Source of the DNA: an uncultured Actinomycetota bacterium
GTDB taxonomy: Bacteria; Actinomycetota; Actinomycetes; JAHEKZ01
NCBI GenBank assembly: GCA_963829525.1
Contig: CAWHIJ010000003.1
Coordinates: 2,752,001-2,816,000 of the forward strand
DNA length: 64,000 nucleotides
Reading direction: 5' to 3'
Part shown: one piece after another, positions 9,511 to 19,481 of the stretch
How positions within the stretch are numbered: the first letter of the stretch is position 1
How the letters are laid out: each line of letters starts with the position of its first letter
The notes under the pieces: generated by a model
Told to the model about the DNA's origin: nothing
The model's input: only the letters and a program-made list of their open reading frames with translations
The model's database searches: none
Position numbers and translations under genes: made by a program

Positions 9511-11694
9511 ATGGAACGGCTCGCCGATTTCGTCCTGCACCATCGCAAATGGGTGATGGTCTTCTGGGCTGTCATGTTCGTCATCGGAGTCGTCGCCTCG
9601 GGCAAAGCGACCGACCGACTCACTACTGACTTCTCGCTTCCCGGCCAGCCAGGATACGAGACGTCGAAGCAGATCATCGAGCAGTACGGCAACGGCGGGA
9701 GCACCCAGCCCTTTATCCCGATCGCCACGGTGCCCGAGGGTGAGACGGCGCTCCAGAACATGGACCAGATCACTTCAGTCTTCAAAGAGATCGACTCAAA
9801 GTTCCCCAACTACCGCTTGGCGTATTACGCCAACAGCAACGACGACGTGTTCCTGACCGATGATGGCCGCACCACGTACGCACTGGTCTTCGTACCCTTT
9901 CCGGAGAGCTTCGCCGCCCCGCTCCCCAGCGAAGAGATGGCTCCCATTCTTGAAAAAGCCAGCCAAGAGACTGGCTTCGAGTGGACGCTGACCAGCTACG
10001 ACATGCTGGCGGCAGGCGAGACTTCGGAGACGGAGGCCCCCAGCGTCCTCTTCGAGACGCTCCTCGGTGCGCTTGGTGCACTTGCCGTCCTGCTCTTCCT
10101 CTTCGCCTCCTTCCTCGCACTTGTGCCGCTGCTGATCGCCGCTGTCTCCATCCTGACCACCTTCACAGTGGTTCTCCTTCTCACCTATGTCACCGACATG
10201 AGCTTTATCGTGCAGTTCCTCATATCCCTGGTGGGGCTCGGTGTCGCGATCGACTACTCGCTCTTGCTGGTCACGAGATGGAGGGAGGAGAGGGACCACG
10301 GTCGCGAGAACCACGAGGCAGTGAAGATCGCCATGAGTACGGCCGGACGCGCTGTGGTGTCCAGCGCCGGAACCGTTGCCATCAGCTTGATCGCACTCCT
10401 CGTCATCCCCGTCCCGTTCCTTCGCAGTATGGGGTTGGGTGGAATGCTCATCCCGGTGGTGAGCACGATCGTCGTTCTCACCCTTCTGCCTGCGCTGCTG
10501 GGGGGAATAGGCCCGCGCGTCGATTGGCCGAAGTTTCGCCATGAGAACAAGGCGTCACGCGCTTGGTCACGCTGGGCGGCAATGATCGTCCGACGACGCT
10601 GGATAGCTGCTGGCGTGGCGTTGGTGCTGCTCGGGCTGCTCATCTTCCCGGTCTTCGGGATCAAGATCGGACAGGCACAGACGTCGTCGCTGGCCTCATC
10701 GGGTCCAGCCTTCGAAGCGCTCCAGCTCCTCAAGGACGGCGGCGTCCCAGATGGCGTCGTCTCTCCTCTCGAGATGCTTGTCGAGAATGACTCCGAGGAA
10801 ACGCGCAACGCCTCGACGAATGACGTCGTTGGAAACACCAAGGGGGTGGAGGGGATCGATGCCGCCTTCGCGCCCGACAGCGAGTCATGGTCGACCGATG
10901 CCAGCCAGATCTCGATCGGCATCCCCGTTGAAGAGGCGGTCGACAGCACGAACGCGTCGGTCGTCACCCGAGTCAATGAGGTCAACGCAGAGGTATCCGG
11001 ATTTGCCGGAACCGCCGGCGCAGCCGCCATCGTGCTCGACTACATCGATGCCGTATACGGCAACTTCCCACTGGTCATCGGCATCGTCGCCCTCGTCACG
11101 TTCTTGCTTCTGGCCCGCGCCTTTCGCTCACTGCTGCTGCCCATCAAGGCTGTTGTCCTCAACATCGCATCGGTTGCGGCGACTTTCGGTGCGGTCGTCT
11201 GGTTCTGGCAAGAGGGCAACGGCTCTGAGGCGATCTTCGGTATCTCAGCCACCGGCTCGATCACCTTCTGGCTGCCTGTACTCATCTTCGCCTTCCTCTT
11301 CGGCCTCTCGATGGACTACGAAGTCTTCATCTTGACGCGGATGCGCGAGGAGTACGACGACACCGGGAACACCGGAGCTGCCGTCACGCTTGGGCTCGGA
11401 AGAACCGGACGATTGGTCACTGGTGCTGCGCTGATTCTCTTCTTTGCTTTCTTGGCTCTGGCATCGTCGCCTGGCACTGATATCAAGGTCTTCGCCACGG
11501 CTCTGGGATTCGGCATCCTGCTGGACGCCACACTCGTGCGGGCACTACTCGTCCCGGCGCTTGTCTCGCTCTTCGGACGCTGGAACTGGTGGCTCCCGGC
11601 ATGGGCGGCCCGCCCGCTTCGTGTTGAGCCGCATGCTGCAGTGGTCGAGGCGGCGTCGGTCGTCGAGGAGGCCGAGGCCTCCGTACGTCCCTGA
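9511..11694 (+). CDS. MMPL/RND-family membrane transporter
   Basis: GLGVAIDYSLLLVTRWREE and FGLSMDYEVFILTRMREEYD; DATLVRALLVPA..GRWNWW. Confidence 0.92.
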   Translation: MERLADFVLHHRKWVMVFWAVMFVIGVVASGKATDRLTTDFSLPGQPGYETSKQIIEQYGNGGSTQPFIPIATVPEGETALQNMDQITSVFKEIDSKFPNYRLAYYANSNDDVFLTDDGRTTYALVFVPFPESFAAPLPSEEMAPILEKASQETGFEWTLTSYDMLAAGETSETEAPSVLFETLLGALGALAVLLFLFASFLALVPLLIAAVSILTTFTVVLLLTYVTDMSFIVQFLISLVGLGVAIDYSLLLVTRWREERDHGRENHEAVKIAMSTAGRAVVSSAGTVAISLIALLVIPVPFLRSMGLGGMLIPVVSTIVVLTLLPALLGGIGPRVDWPKFRHENKASRAWSRWAAMIVRRRWIAAGVALVLLGLLIFPVFGIKIGQAQTSSLASSGPAFEALQLLKDGGVPDGVVSPLEMLVENDSEETRNASTNDVVGNTKGVEGIDAAFAPDSESWSTDASQISIGIPVEEAVDSTNASVVTRVNEVNAEVSGFAGTAGAAAIVLDYIDAVYGNFPLVIGIVALVTFLLLARAFRSLLLPIKAVVLNIASVAATFGAVVWFWQEGNGSEAIFGISATGSITFWLPVLIFAFLFGLSMDYEVFILTRMREEYDDTGNTGAAVTLGLGRTGRLVTGAALILFFAFLALASSPGTDIKVFATALGFGILLDATLVRALLVPALVSLFGRWNWWLPAWAARPLRVEPHAAVVEAASVVEEAEASVRP

Positions 11695-11754
11695 TCTGAC
11701 CGGAGCACTCGGCGCGCCAAACCGGCACCTGATGTGCACTGAGCAGCGGGCATG

Positions 11755-11787
11755 AGGAAGGCCCCTCCCGGTGGGAGGGGCCTTCCT
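11755..11787. terminator. Bidirectional hairpin terminator between the convergent MMPL and fasciclin genes
   Basis: Perfect 15-bp stem AGGAAGGCCCCTCCC-ggt-GGGAGGGGCCTTCCT. Confidence 0.8.
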
Positions 11788-11793
11788 GTTCGC

Positions 11794-12435
11794 CTAGGAG
11801 ACGGGGAGCAGCCTCGGCAGCAGCACCCGGTCGATTGCGTGGGCGATCTGCTTGTTGCCCTTGTTGATGTCGGTGACGATCACCTTCGGGTTGTCAACTT
11901 CCTTGTTGTTGTCCTTGAGGAAGATGGCCTTCTTTGTGACGTTGACGACGACCTTCTGTCCGTTGGCCATCTCCAGCTTGGCGCCGTCGGACGCAGCGGC
12001 CGCCTTCGCGTTGATCTTCACGCCCGGAACAACGTGGTAGAGCAGGATGTCCTCGATCTGGGGAGCACCCAGGGCCGTTACCAACTTGCCGGTCAGCTTC
12101 GCCTCGGTCTTTGCGGCGATACCGAGATCACCGGCGGTCCGCTCGAACGCAGCGTCCGTAGGAATGAAGGCAGTGAGCGTGGTCGTCCCGTCGAAGAGCA
12201 GATTGACCGATGAGCCTGGGTTGCTGTCCAGAACTGCGAGCACGGCCGCGGTGAGAATGTCGAAGTCGCCGCCATTCTTGTCGAAGCTGGGCTGGCCCGA
12301 GACAGTGTCGGCGAGCAGTACGTCACCGAGAGAGTTGGTGCCGGGCGCGGCTTGAGCGGGGCTGGCCATCATCAGCGGTGCTGCGGCGAGGCCAGCGGCA
12401 GCGGCGATTGCCACGGCGCGGGAAGGGAGCTTCAT
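11794..12435 (-). CDS. Secreted fasciclin (FAS1) domain protein
   Basis: Signal peptide MKLPSRAVAIAAAAG..AQA; FAS1 motifs TAFIPTDAAF, ILLYHVVPG and HAIDRVLLP; RBS GGAGG. Confidence 0.88.
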   Translation of the reverse strand: MKLPSRAVAIAAAAGLAAAPLMMASPAQAAPGTNSLGDVLLADTVSGQPSFDKNGGDFDILTAAVLAVLDSNPGSSVNLLFDGTTTLTAFIPTDAAFERTAGDLGIAAKTEAKLTGKLVTALGAPQIEDILLYHVVPGVKINAKAAAASDGAKLEMANGQKVVVNVTKKAIFLKDNNKEVDNPKVIVTDINKGNKQIAHAIDRVLLPRLLPVS

Positions 12436-12471
12436 TGGTGTCCTCCAGAAGTGGTTGCTTGACACCCCCCC

Positions 12472-12498
12472 TTCTGTCCGAAGGTGCCCGCTGGATGC
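12472..12498 (-). promoter_or_regulatory. Possible SigK-type ECF promoter (GCATCC-N16-CAGAA)
   Basis: Resembles the CCATCC..CCGAA promoters of mycobacterial fasciclin genes mpt70/mpt83. Confidence 0.35.
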
Positions 12499-12517
12499 AC
12501 AACCTCTGAAGAACTTT

Positions 12518-13096
12518 CTAAGCCCTACCGGCTGCCTCGTCCTCCATGTCGAGAACTCCAGGGATCCGGCCGCCCAGGACGGTCGCCAGGTCCATGGCCA
12601 GCTCGAGGTCTTCGCCGGTGAACGGCGGGACGCCCTCCTCCCGCGTGAGGAAGAGTTCGCCGAACACGCGTCCACCCGCGACGATCGGGACCCCCAAGAA
12701 GCTTGCCGGAACGACTCCCGGATTCTGTTCGATGTACTCCGTCACGACCGCGAGTGTGTCAGTGCTGACGTACCCCCGGTGCGACAACAGCCGTTCAGCG
12801 GCAGCTGGATATGCGTCGAGTGAGTAGTACTGGTTGACGGGGAAGACCTCCTGATCAGGATCGAGCTCTCCCACGTTGACCAAGTCGCAGAACTTGTCGT
12901 CGACGATCAGTGTGATGTGCGCGCTCGTGGCCACCATGATCTCCGATATGGAGACGGCCGCGCCGTAGGCCAGCGACGTGAGCTCTTCAAAGGGATCGAC
13001 CGTGATGACCAAGTGCCGGATGATCTCCGAGCGTCCAGCCCCTGTCCAACCGCGGTGATACCGCGCGGCAGAGTTCTGGGGCGGCGTCCAGCCCAC
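12518..13096 (-). CDS. Stand-alone GAF-domain protein
   Basis: SFLGVPIVAGGRVFGELFLTREEGVPPFTGEDLELAMDLA is a typical GAF C-terminus; GGAGG RBS before GTG 13096. Confidence 0.75.
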   Translation of the reverse strand: MGWTPPQNSAARYHRGWTGAGRSEIIRHLVITVDPFEELTSLAYGAAVSISEIMVATSAHITLIVDDKFCDLVNVGELDPDQEVFPVNQYYSLDAYPAAAERLLSHRGYVSTDTLAVVTEYIEQNPGVVPASFLGVPIVAGGRVFGELFLTREEGVPPFTGEDLELAMDLATVLGGRIPGVLDMEDEAAGRA

Positions 13097-13137
13097 TTTC
13101 TTCCTCCGGTCCAGCTCGTCGTCCCCCGACCGTGGGG

Positions 13138-13165
13138 GTATCGGCTGGTTGCCCAGCTCCCTTAA
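13138..13165 (-). promoter_or_regulatory. Possible sigma28/WhiG-type promoter (TAAG-N15-GCCGATAC)
   Basis: Close to the TAAA-N15-GCCGATAA consensus; about 40 nt upstream of the GAF gene start. Confidence 0.45.
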
Positions 13166-13175
13166 CCCGGCGGGA

Positions 13176-14656
13176 CTAGGGCGTCGGGTGTCCCGGTGCG
13201 GTGTAGCTGGTCTTGACCACCGTGTAGAACTCCCGGGCATATGCCCCCTGCTCACGTGGTCCATAGGACGAACCTCGCCGTCCACCGAACGGAACGTGGT
13301 AGTCGACGCCAGCTGTGGGGACGTTCACCATGACCATGCCAGCACCGGAGTGACGACGGAAGTGGGAAGCAGCAGCCAGCGACGTGGTGACGATGCCGCT
13401 GGAAAGGCCGAACTCCGTGTCGTTGGCAACCGCCAGGGCCTCCTCGTAGTCGGCGACCTCAACGACAGAGGCGACCGGGCCGAAGACCTCCTCGCGATTC
13501 ACCGTCATGGTGTTGTCGGTCCCCACCACCAGCGCCGGTGACAGGAAGTGGCCATCGGTCGAGCGCTCGACGCGCTCTCCACCGACAACCTGCCCACCTT
13601 CCTCCCGGGCGATCGCAAGGTACCTCTCGTCCTGAGCAAGCTGTGTGGCGTCGACCACCGGGCCCATGTGAGTTCCGTCGGCTACGTGCATCCCCGACAT
13701 GCCAGGCCCGCATCCGCTCGGTGAGGGCTCCGACGAAGCGATCGTGGATCCCCCGGGTGACGACCAGGCGGCTCGACGCTGTGCAGCGTTGACCGGTCGA
13801 TCCGAACGCCCCCTGAAGGGCAACGTCGACAGCGACCTCGATGTCGGCGTCGTCGAGCACCACGAGGGGGTTCTTTCCGCCCATCTCCAGCTGCACGCGC
13901 GTGCGCTGGGGTGCCGCGGTCGCCAGGATGTGCGACCCGGTGACCACCGACCCGGTGAACGAGACGCCGTCGACGTCGGCGCTCCCGGTGAGCACCGGGC
14001 CCACCTCACGCCCCGATCCCATGACCAGGTTGAGCACCCCGTCGGGCAGACCAGCGCGGCGCAAGATGTCGACCAGCTCCCAAGCGCATCCGGGAACCAG
14101 CTCGGCGGGTTTGAACACCACTGTGTTGCCGTAGGCCAGGGCTGGCGCGATCTTCCAGGCCGGAATGGCGATCGGGAAGTTCCACGGGGTGATGATGCTC
14201 ACCACCCCCAGCGGCTCTCTGGTCATCGTCACCTCGAGGCCAGGGCGAATGGAGTCGACCACCTCGCCGGTGTTGCGCAACGCCTGGCCCCCGTGAAACT
14301 TCAGGATCTGGCCAGCGCGTGCCACTTCTCCCCGCCCCTCGGGAAGCGTCTTGCCTTCCTCCCGGGCCAGCAGGTCGCCCAGTTCGTCGGCTCGCCGCAG
14401 AACCTCGTCCCCAGCTCGGTCGAGTACATCGGCGCGTTCTTGCGGCGTGGCGAACGACCACCGCGGCAGTGCCTCACGCGCGGCAGCAACAGCGGCTTCC
14501 GCATCAGATGCGCTCGCATGCGCGAACTCGCCGATGACATCACTGGTGTCGCTGGGGTTGATGTTCGGTGTCCAGGTCACGCCGCCCACTTCGGCGCCGC
14601 CGATGATGTTCGGCCGCCGCACGGACCCGGTCGCCGGACCCGCTGCTCTGGGTCAT
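13176..14656 (-). CDS. Aldehyde dehydrogenase (alpha-ketoglutaric semialdehyde dehydrogenase-like); indels near 14625 and 13690
   Basis: ITPWNFPIAIPAWKIAPAL, FTGS, LEMGGKNP, FGSTGQRCTAS, EEVFGPV, PFGGRRGSSYGPREQG; leaderless TAGGCT-N6-ATG at 14656. Confidence 0.9.
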
Positions 14657-14727
14657 GCCCAAAGCCTAGGACCCGCGCCTGCGCCGCCGTGACACCGGCC
14701 ATTGACTCCCAGTGACGCCGTGGCCCT

Positions 14728-15089
14728 TCAGACCCTGGCCAGAATTTCGTCCTCGGGGAGGCCGCCCTGCCAGCGACCGATCTCCTCGCCGCCTGGAGAG
14801 AGAAGCACCCGTTGGCTGCCCGGTGATCTCCAGAGCCTGCCACGACTCAAAGCCCGGGTCCCACAGCATCTGCGGAGAGCTGACGCCGTAGGTGCTGACA
14901 AAGTCCTCCGCGAGGGCGAGGTCGTCTTGGGTTCCGATCCCCACCACCGTCACCATCGGCGTTCTGCTTCGAGAAGGCCTCGACCCGGGCTCGGCGCCGC
15001 AAGCGCTGATGACCAGCCCGAGCGCAACGTGGGTTGAACGCCGCCACCATGCCGGCGGTGAGCGCAACGAGCAGGGTGCTGAGGTCCAC
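14728..15089 (-). pseudogene. Collapsed remnant of ccdA (N-terminus) and a TlpA/ResA-like thioredoxin lipoprotein
   Basis: Fragments in different frames: VDLSTLLVALTAGMVAAFNP (CcdA start), VALGLVISACG (lipobox), and VEAFSKQN..VTVVGIGTQDD..WQALEITGQP..GRWQGGLPEDEILARV (TlpA C-half). No intact CxxC. Confidence 0.55.
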
Positions 15090-15157
15090 TCCTGCAGGCA
15101 CGCTACGTAGCCGCATGCGTGGGCTCGCGAGCCGAAATGGCGCTGAACGCAGATAGG

Positions 15158-16417
15158 TCACCGGGCTGTAAGAACTGCGTCCAGCGCATCCCAGCAGGAG
15201 ACGACGAACCTCTTCAGCTCTTCAGGGGTCACGACGAACGGCGGAGACACCTGGAGCGACCCGTCAACCAGCGGCCGGGTCAGCACACCGCGCGCGCGCA
15301 GCTCCGCGACAACGGCAGGAACCACCGATGCGTCACGCTTCACAACATCCGGATCGATCTGGACGGCGGCGAGCAGACCGACACCTGACCGCACCTCAGC
15401 GACCAGGCGATGCTCGACCAGACCAGCGAGCGTCTCGGTGAGAACCGGTTCGAGCTCGCGAACCCGCGCCACCAGCCCTTCGCGTTCGATGATGTCGAGG
15501 TTCGCGAGTCCAGCAGCCGCGGCAACGGCGTGACCCGAGTAGGTGTATCCGTGCCGCCACGCACCAGCCGTGCCCTGCCAGAACGGCTCGGTCACCGTTG
15601 GCGCGACGAGCACGGCGCCCATGGGCGCATAGCCACTGGTCAGTCCCTTGGCACTCAGCACCAGGTCTGGCTCGAGCCCGTACCGGGTGCTGGCGAACCA
15701 CTCCCCGGTACGGCCATAGCCAGTGATTACCTCATCACTGACCCAGAGCACGCCGCGCTCACGGCAGAGCTGGCGCGCCTGCTGTAGGTACTGCTCTCCG
15801 GCGAAGTGGACTCCACCAGCGCCCATCACCGGCTCGCAGAAGAATGCCGCTACCGTCTCGGCGCCTCGTTCCTCGAGCACCCGCTCCAGATCGGCGACGG
15901 AGTCCCACTCCACGTGCGCGACATCGGCACCCCATTCCCCGTATCCATGACGATTCAGCTCGATCCCACCCATCGCCGTTCCGCCCCAGTGCATGCCGTG
16001 GTAGGCCCGGTCGCGAGTGATGATCGTGGTCCGTTGCGGCTGACCGCGCAGGCTCCAGTACCGACGCACGAGCTTGGCGGCAGTGTCGACCGCGTCGGAT
16101 CCCCCGGAGGTGAAGAACACCTTGCTGTCCGGAACAGGAGAGATTTCGGCCAACCGATCGGCGAGCGCCAGGACTGGCTCGTTGGCCATGTCACCGAACG
16201 TGGAATAGGCGGCAAGTCTGCCAGCCTGCTCTGCCATCGCTTCGGCGATCTCGGCGCGACCATGTCCGACGTTGGCAAACCACAGACCAGCGGTCAGATC
16301 CAAGTACTCGTTCCCCGCACGGTCGAAGACCGATGCCTGAACGCCACGGGTCAGGACGAGCTCGCCGTCTCGTTCGACGGCCGCCATGTCAGCGAAGGGG
16401 TGCCATAGATGCGTCAC
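15158..16417 (-). CDS. Class III PLP aminotransferase (omega-amine/putrescine:pyruvate-like)
   Basis: LWHPFADM, YLDLTAGLWFANVGHGR, FFTSGGSDAVD, AYHG, EPVMGAGGV, DEVITGYGRTG, AKGLTSGYAPMG, HGYTYSGH. Confidence 0.92.
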   Translation of the reverse strand: MTHLWHPFADMAAVERDGELVLTRGVQASVFDRAGNEYLDLTAGLWFANVGHGRAEIAEAMAEQAGRLAAYSTFGDMANEPVLALADRLAEISPVPDSKVFFTSGGSDAVDTAAKLVRRYWSLRGQPQRTTIITRDRAYHGMHWGGTAMGGIELNRHGYGEWGADVAHVEWDSVADLERVLEERGAETVAAFFCEPVMGAGGVHFAGEQYLQQARQLCRERGVLWVSDEVITGYGRTGEWFASTRYGLEPDLVLSAKGLTSGYAPMGAVLVAPTVTEPFWQGTAGAWRHGYTYSGHAVAAAAGLANLDIIEREGLVARVRELEPVLTETLAGLVEHRLVAEVRSGVGLLAAVQIDPDVVKRDASVVPAVVAELRARGVLTRPLVDGSLQVSPPFVVTPEELKRFVVSCWDALDAVLTAR

Positions 16418-16428
16418 AGCCGCCAAGG

Positions 16429-17172
16429 CTAGGCCAATGCTGTCTGTAGCCCGAGCAGCACCGCGGCACCCACCATGAGGGCTGCAAATGCCTGCCGGAG
16501 CCGTTCGCGAGGCATGTGCGGTGCAAGCTTGGCGCCGGCGAACGATCCGGCGACCGCTCCGAGTGCCATCGGCAGCGCCATCGCCCAGTCCAGGTACTCC
16601 GGTCCTCGGACCGCAAGAGCCGCTATCGCATTGATCGAGATCACCAGCAGCCCGGTTGCAGTCGCCTCCCGGATGCCGAACCCCAGGACGAGAACCAGAG
16701 CCGGAACGATGACAAACCCACCGCCGACACCGAAGAACCCCGTGATCAGCCCGACGCCTAGTGCCGCAGCCGTGACTACGAGATACGAGCGGCGCTGGCT
16801 CCGTTCCTCTCTGCCAGCGGGCTGCCGAAACATCGCCACAGCTGCCACAAGGAGCAGAATCGAAAAGCCCCCGGTGAGGACTCGGTCGGGAAGAACCGTT
16901 GCGAGCCATGATCCGGCGACGGCAGCGATCGTGCCGACGGCCCCGAACACAGCACCCTCGCGCCATTTGACGGTGCGCGCCCCCCGATGACCAAGCAGTC
17001 CGCTTGCAGCGGCGAGTAGCACCACGACAAGGGACACGGTGGTGGCCTCACGAGGAGGGACACCGAAGGCGAAGATCAGGAGCGGTGCGGTGAAAATGGC
17101 TCCGCCAGCACCGAGCACCCCTAGGAGCAGACCGATGAAGGCACCGGCGAGCACAAGTTCGGTGACCACCAT
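16429..17172 (-). CDS. Sulfite exporter TauE/SafE family
   Basis: GLLLGVLGAGGAIFTAP and GFFGVGGGFVIVPAL repeats; about 8 TM segments. Confidence 0.9.
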   Translation of the reverse strand: MVVTELVLAGAFIGLLLGVLGAGGAIFTAPLLIFAFGVPPREATTVSLVVVLLAAASGLLGHRGARTVKWREGAVFGAVGTIAAVAGSWLATVLPDRVLTGGFSILLLVAAVAMFRQPAGREERSQRRSYLVVTAAALGVGLITGFFGVGGGFVIVPALVLVLGFGIREATATGLLVISINAIAALAVRGPEYLDWAMALPMALGAVAGSFAGAKLAPHMPRERLRQAFAALMVGAAVLLGLQTALA

Positions 17173-17174
17173 GC

Positions 17175-17534
17175 CTAGGTCACCCGGCCCGGCTTACCTG
17201 ATCGATCGACCAAGCCCTCTCCCGAGCGCTGCCATGCGTTCATTCCGCCCGAGAGGTTTACGGCGTCATAGCCGGCAGCAATCAGCTGCTTGGTAGCGCG
17301 CCGGGAGCGGTTTCCGCTGCGACATACGACCACAGCCTTCTTGTTCTGCGGGATGCGTCGTTGCTTCTGACTCAACTGGTCCAGCGCCAGGTGGAGGGCG
17401 AATGCGCAGTGCCCCGCGTTCCACTCTTGGGTCGTGCGCACATCAACCATGACAGCGCCGGAATCTAGGAGTTCGCGCGCTTCACCGGCCGAGACCGAGG
17501 GAACACCACCAAAGAGCCGACCCAGAAGACTCAT
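17175..17534 (-). CDS. Single-domain rhodanese
   Basis: VDVRTTQEWNAGH..VVCRSGNRS..NLSGGMNAW. Confidence 0.9.
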   Translation of the reverse strand: MSLLGRLFGGVPSVSAGEARELLDSGAVMVDVRTTQEWNAGHCAFALHLALDQLSQKQRRIPQNKKAVVVCRSGNRSRRATKQLIAAGYDAVNLSGGMNAWQRSGEGLVDRSGKPGRVT

Positions 17535-19060
17535 GCGTTGGAACGCTCTGTTGCTTCCTGAATGACCTCGGTTTCCTCACGCGGCACGAACGTACGAGCC
17601 GTGCCGCGAGACTCCAACCAGGTCCAACCTCTTTGGCGGCCGGCGGCAGCGCTCTGCTCGATCGGGAGCGTCGTGGAAGAGGCATTCGTCCAGTCATCAT
17701 CGACATGGACCAGGTTCTCCAAAGCCGGACCATTCGAGAACACAGTGCTGCGAAGCAGCGAGATCACTACAGCTGCGCGGTATCCCGAGCCACACGCTAC
17801 GTACACGGGTCGATCAGTGGGGATCTCCGAGATCCGGTCCGGCACCTGGTAGAAGGGCAGGTGGTGGGAGCCGGCTATGTGACCTTCTTCCCACTCAAGG
17901 TGCTGGCGCACGTCGAGGATGTATGTGTCCGGTCGCTCGGCGACGACCGCGGCGAGCCCGCCGAAGTCGACTCGATCAGTGGTAGAGAGAGTTGCAACAT
18001 CCTCGGTCCAGAACACCGGGCCGCCAACGGCCTGAGCTACCGGACGGTCGATGCCGATCCGCACGAGCTCACGTTGCGCGGCCTGCACCTGCTCGGTCGT
18101 CTCCCCAAGCAACGTCACCGGCGCACCCCAGGGGATAAGCCACCCGACGTATGCGATGAATGCGCCATCGAGGTCGAATGAGAGTGACCCACGTAGGTGC
18201 CCCGTGGCAAACACCTCACGTGAGCGCAGGTCGATGACCCACTCCCCGCGTTCGATTCGGGCGCGAAGCTGCGCCGGATCTGCGGGCGAGGGCAACGAGA
18301 GGTCGACCGGCGCCGGACCTGCAGCATTGGCTGGGCCCATGTGCGCGTAGTAGGCGGGGAAGACGTCGAGACCGGCTAGCGTCTCTTCGACGAACGCCTG
18401 CTCATCATTCGTCAATGCCGGATTGTTGGCACGCTCGTCAGCGATGGTGCCGGCCGCGCCCTCGTTCTGGGTCGCTGCGCAGAAGGACCCGAAGCCGTGC
18501 GTCGGATACACGTTCGTGTCACTTGCGAGTTCGCCAGCCAACCGTCGCACTGAGTGCCACTGATCATGTGCCAGGCTCTCGGTGAGCTCGGGGTTGACCA
18601 GGTCGGGTCGCCCAACGGCCCCGTAGAGCATCGAACCACCGGTGAAGATCACCCCTGGGTGGACATCGGATGCACCCGAACGCTCCACTGAGTACGCCAC
18701 GTGGTGCGGGGTGTGACCTGGGGTGGCCAGCACGGTCACCACAAGGCCGCCAAGTGCAAAGGTGTCCCCATCCCTGACAGGGGTGTGCTCGAACGAAACA
18801 TCAGCGTCCGCCGGCACCAGATAGGCGGCGCCGTGACGCCGCGCCAACTCGAACCCACCGGTGACGTAGTCGTTGTGCACGTGCGTCTCGACGACGTGGG
18901 TCGCCACGAGACCGTGCTCGGCAAGCAGTTGCTCGACACGATCGATGTCGCGCTGTGGGTCGATCACGACGGCATGCTCACCGTCGTGAGCGAGGTAGCC
19001 ACGGTTTCCCAGCCCCGGGGTCTCGATCACAAGAACATGGGGTGTGCTGGTGTAGGTCAT
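17531..19060 (-). CDS. Persulfide dioxygenase (MBL) with two rhodanese domains, CstB-like
   Basis: ETHVHNDY, TPGHTPHH, GRPDL, PTHGFGSFC, PAYYAHM; C-terminal LDVRQHLEWEEGHI..ACGSGYRA; ATGA coupling at both ends. Confidence 0.88.
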   Translation of the reverse strand: MTYTSTPHVLVIETPGLGNRGYLAHDGEHAVVIDPQRDIDRVEQLLAEHGLVATHVVETHVHNDYVTGGFELARRHGAAYLVPADADVSFEHTPVRDGDTFALGGLVVTVLATPGHTPHHVAYSVERSGASDVHPGVIFTGGSMLYGAVGRPDLVNPELTESLAHDQWHSVRRLAGELASDTNVYPTHGFGSFCAATQNEGAAGTIADERANNPALTNDEQAFVEETLAGLDVFPAYYAHMGPANAAGPAPVDLSLPSPADPAQLRARIERGEWVIDLRSREVFATGHLRGSLSFDLDGAFIAYVGWLIPWGAPVTLLGETTEQVQAAQRELVRIGIDRPVAQAVGGPVFWTEDVATLSTTDRVDFGGLAAVVAERPDTYILDVRQHLEWEEGHIAGSHHLPFYQVPDRISEIPTDRPVYVACGSGYRAAVVISLLRSTVFSNGPALENLVHVDDDWTNASSTTLPIEQSAAAGRQRGWTWLESRGTARTFVPREETEVIQEATERSNA

Positions 19061-19407
19061 GAGTGGGCTCCCCCGATTGGTCCAACGCCCGCGCCAGCTG
19101 ACACGGTCTCGACGGCGAACCCGGCCGATCGCCACGCCATCGTTCCGCCACTGACGTTCGTGGCGGTGATCCCGTGCTCGATCAGGTAGTGGCACACCTG
19201 CCAGCTGCGGTTCCCGGCTTCACAGATGATGAACACATCTCGGTCGACCGGGATCTCATCGACCCGGAGCGGGACAAGGTGCATCGTCATCGGCACGGCA
19301 CCAGGTACATGGCCGGATGCGTACTCAAATGGCTCACGAACATCGATGACGAGGGCACCAGCGGCAAGCGCCGCGGAGAGCTGGCGAACATCGGCTTGGG
19401 GGACCAT
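19057..19407 (-). CDS. Single-domain rhodanese
   Basis: IDVREPFEYASGHVPGA..ICEAGNRS..NVSGGTMAW. Confidence 0.9.
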   Translation of the reverse strand: MVPQADVRQLSAALAAGALVIDVREPFEYASGHVPGAVPMTMHLVPLRVDEIPVDRDVFIICEAGNRSWQVCHYLIEHGITATNVSGGTMAWRSAGFAVETVSAGAGVGPIGGAHS

Positions 19408-19424
19408 GCCGGCGATCCTTTCTC

Positions 19425-19440
19425 ATACCCCAGGGGGTAT
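19425..19440. promoter_or_regulatory. CsoR/CstR-family operator ATACCCCAGGGGGTAT
   Basis: 7-2-7 inverted repeat with C/G tracts; upstream of the rhodanese operon. Confidence 0.8.
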
Positions 19441-19481
19441 TGTCGACTCAAGATTCTGCGTGGGTCGTGCTCGGCGGGCTC

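Noticed and set aside
15158-16966. 602-aa extended aminotransferase, and similar long N-terminal extensions (17531..19195, 20378..21292, 11794..12675, 42695..43828)
   Set aside because: The extensions overlap neighbouring real genes or promoters and are GC-rich open-frame artefacts; downstream starts have an RBS or -10 element.
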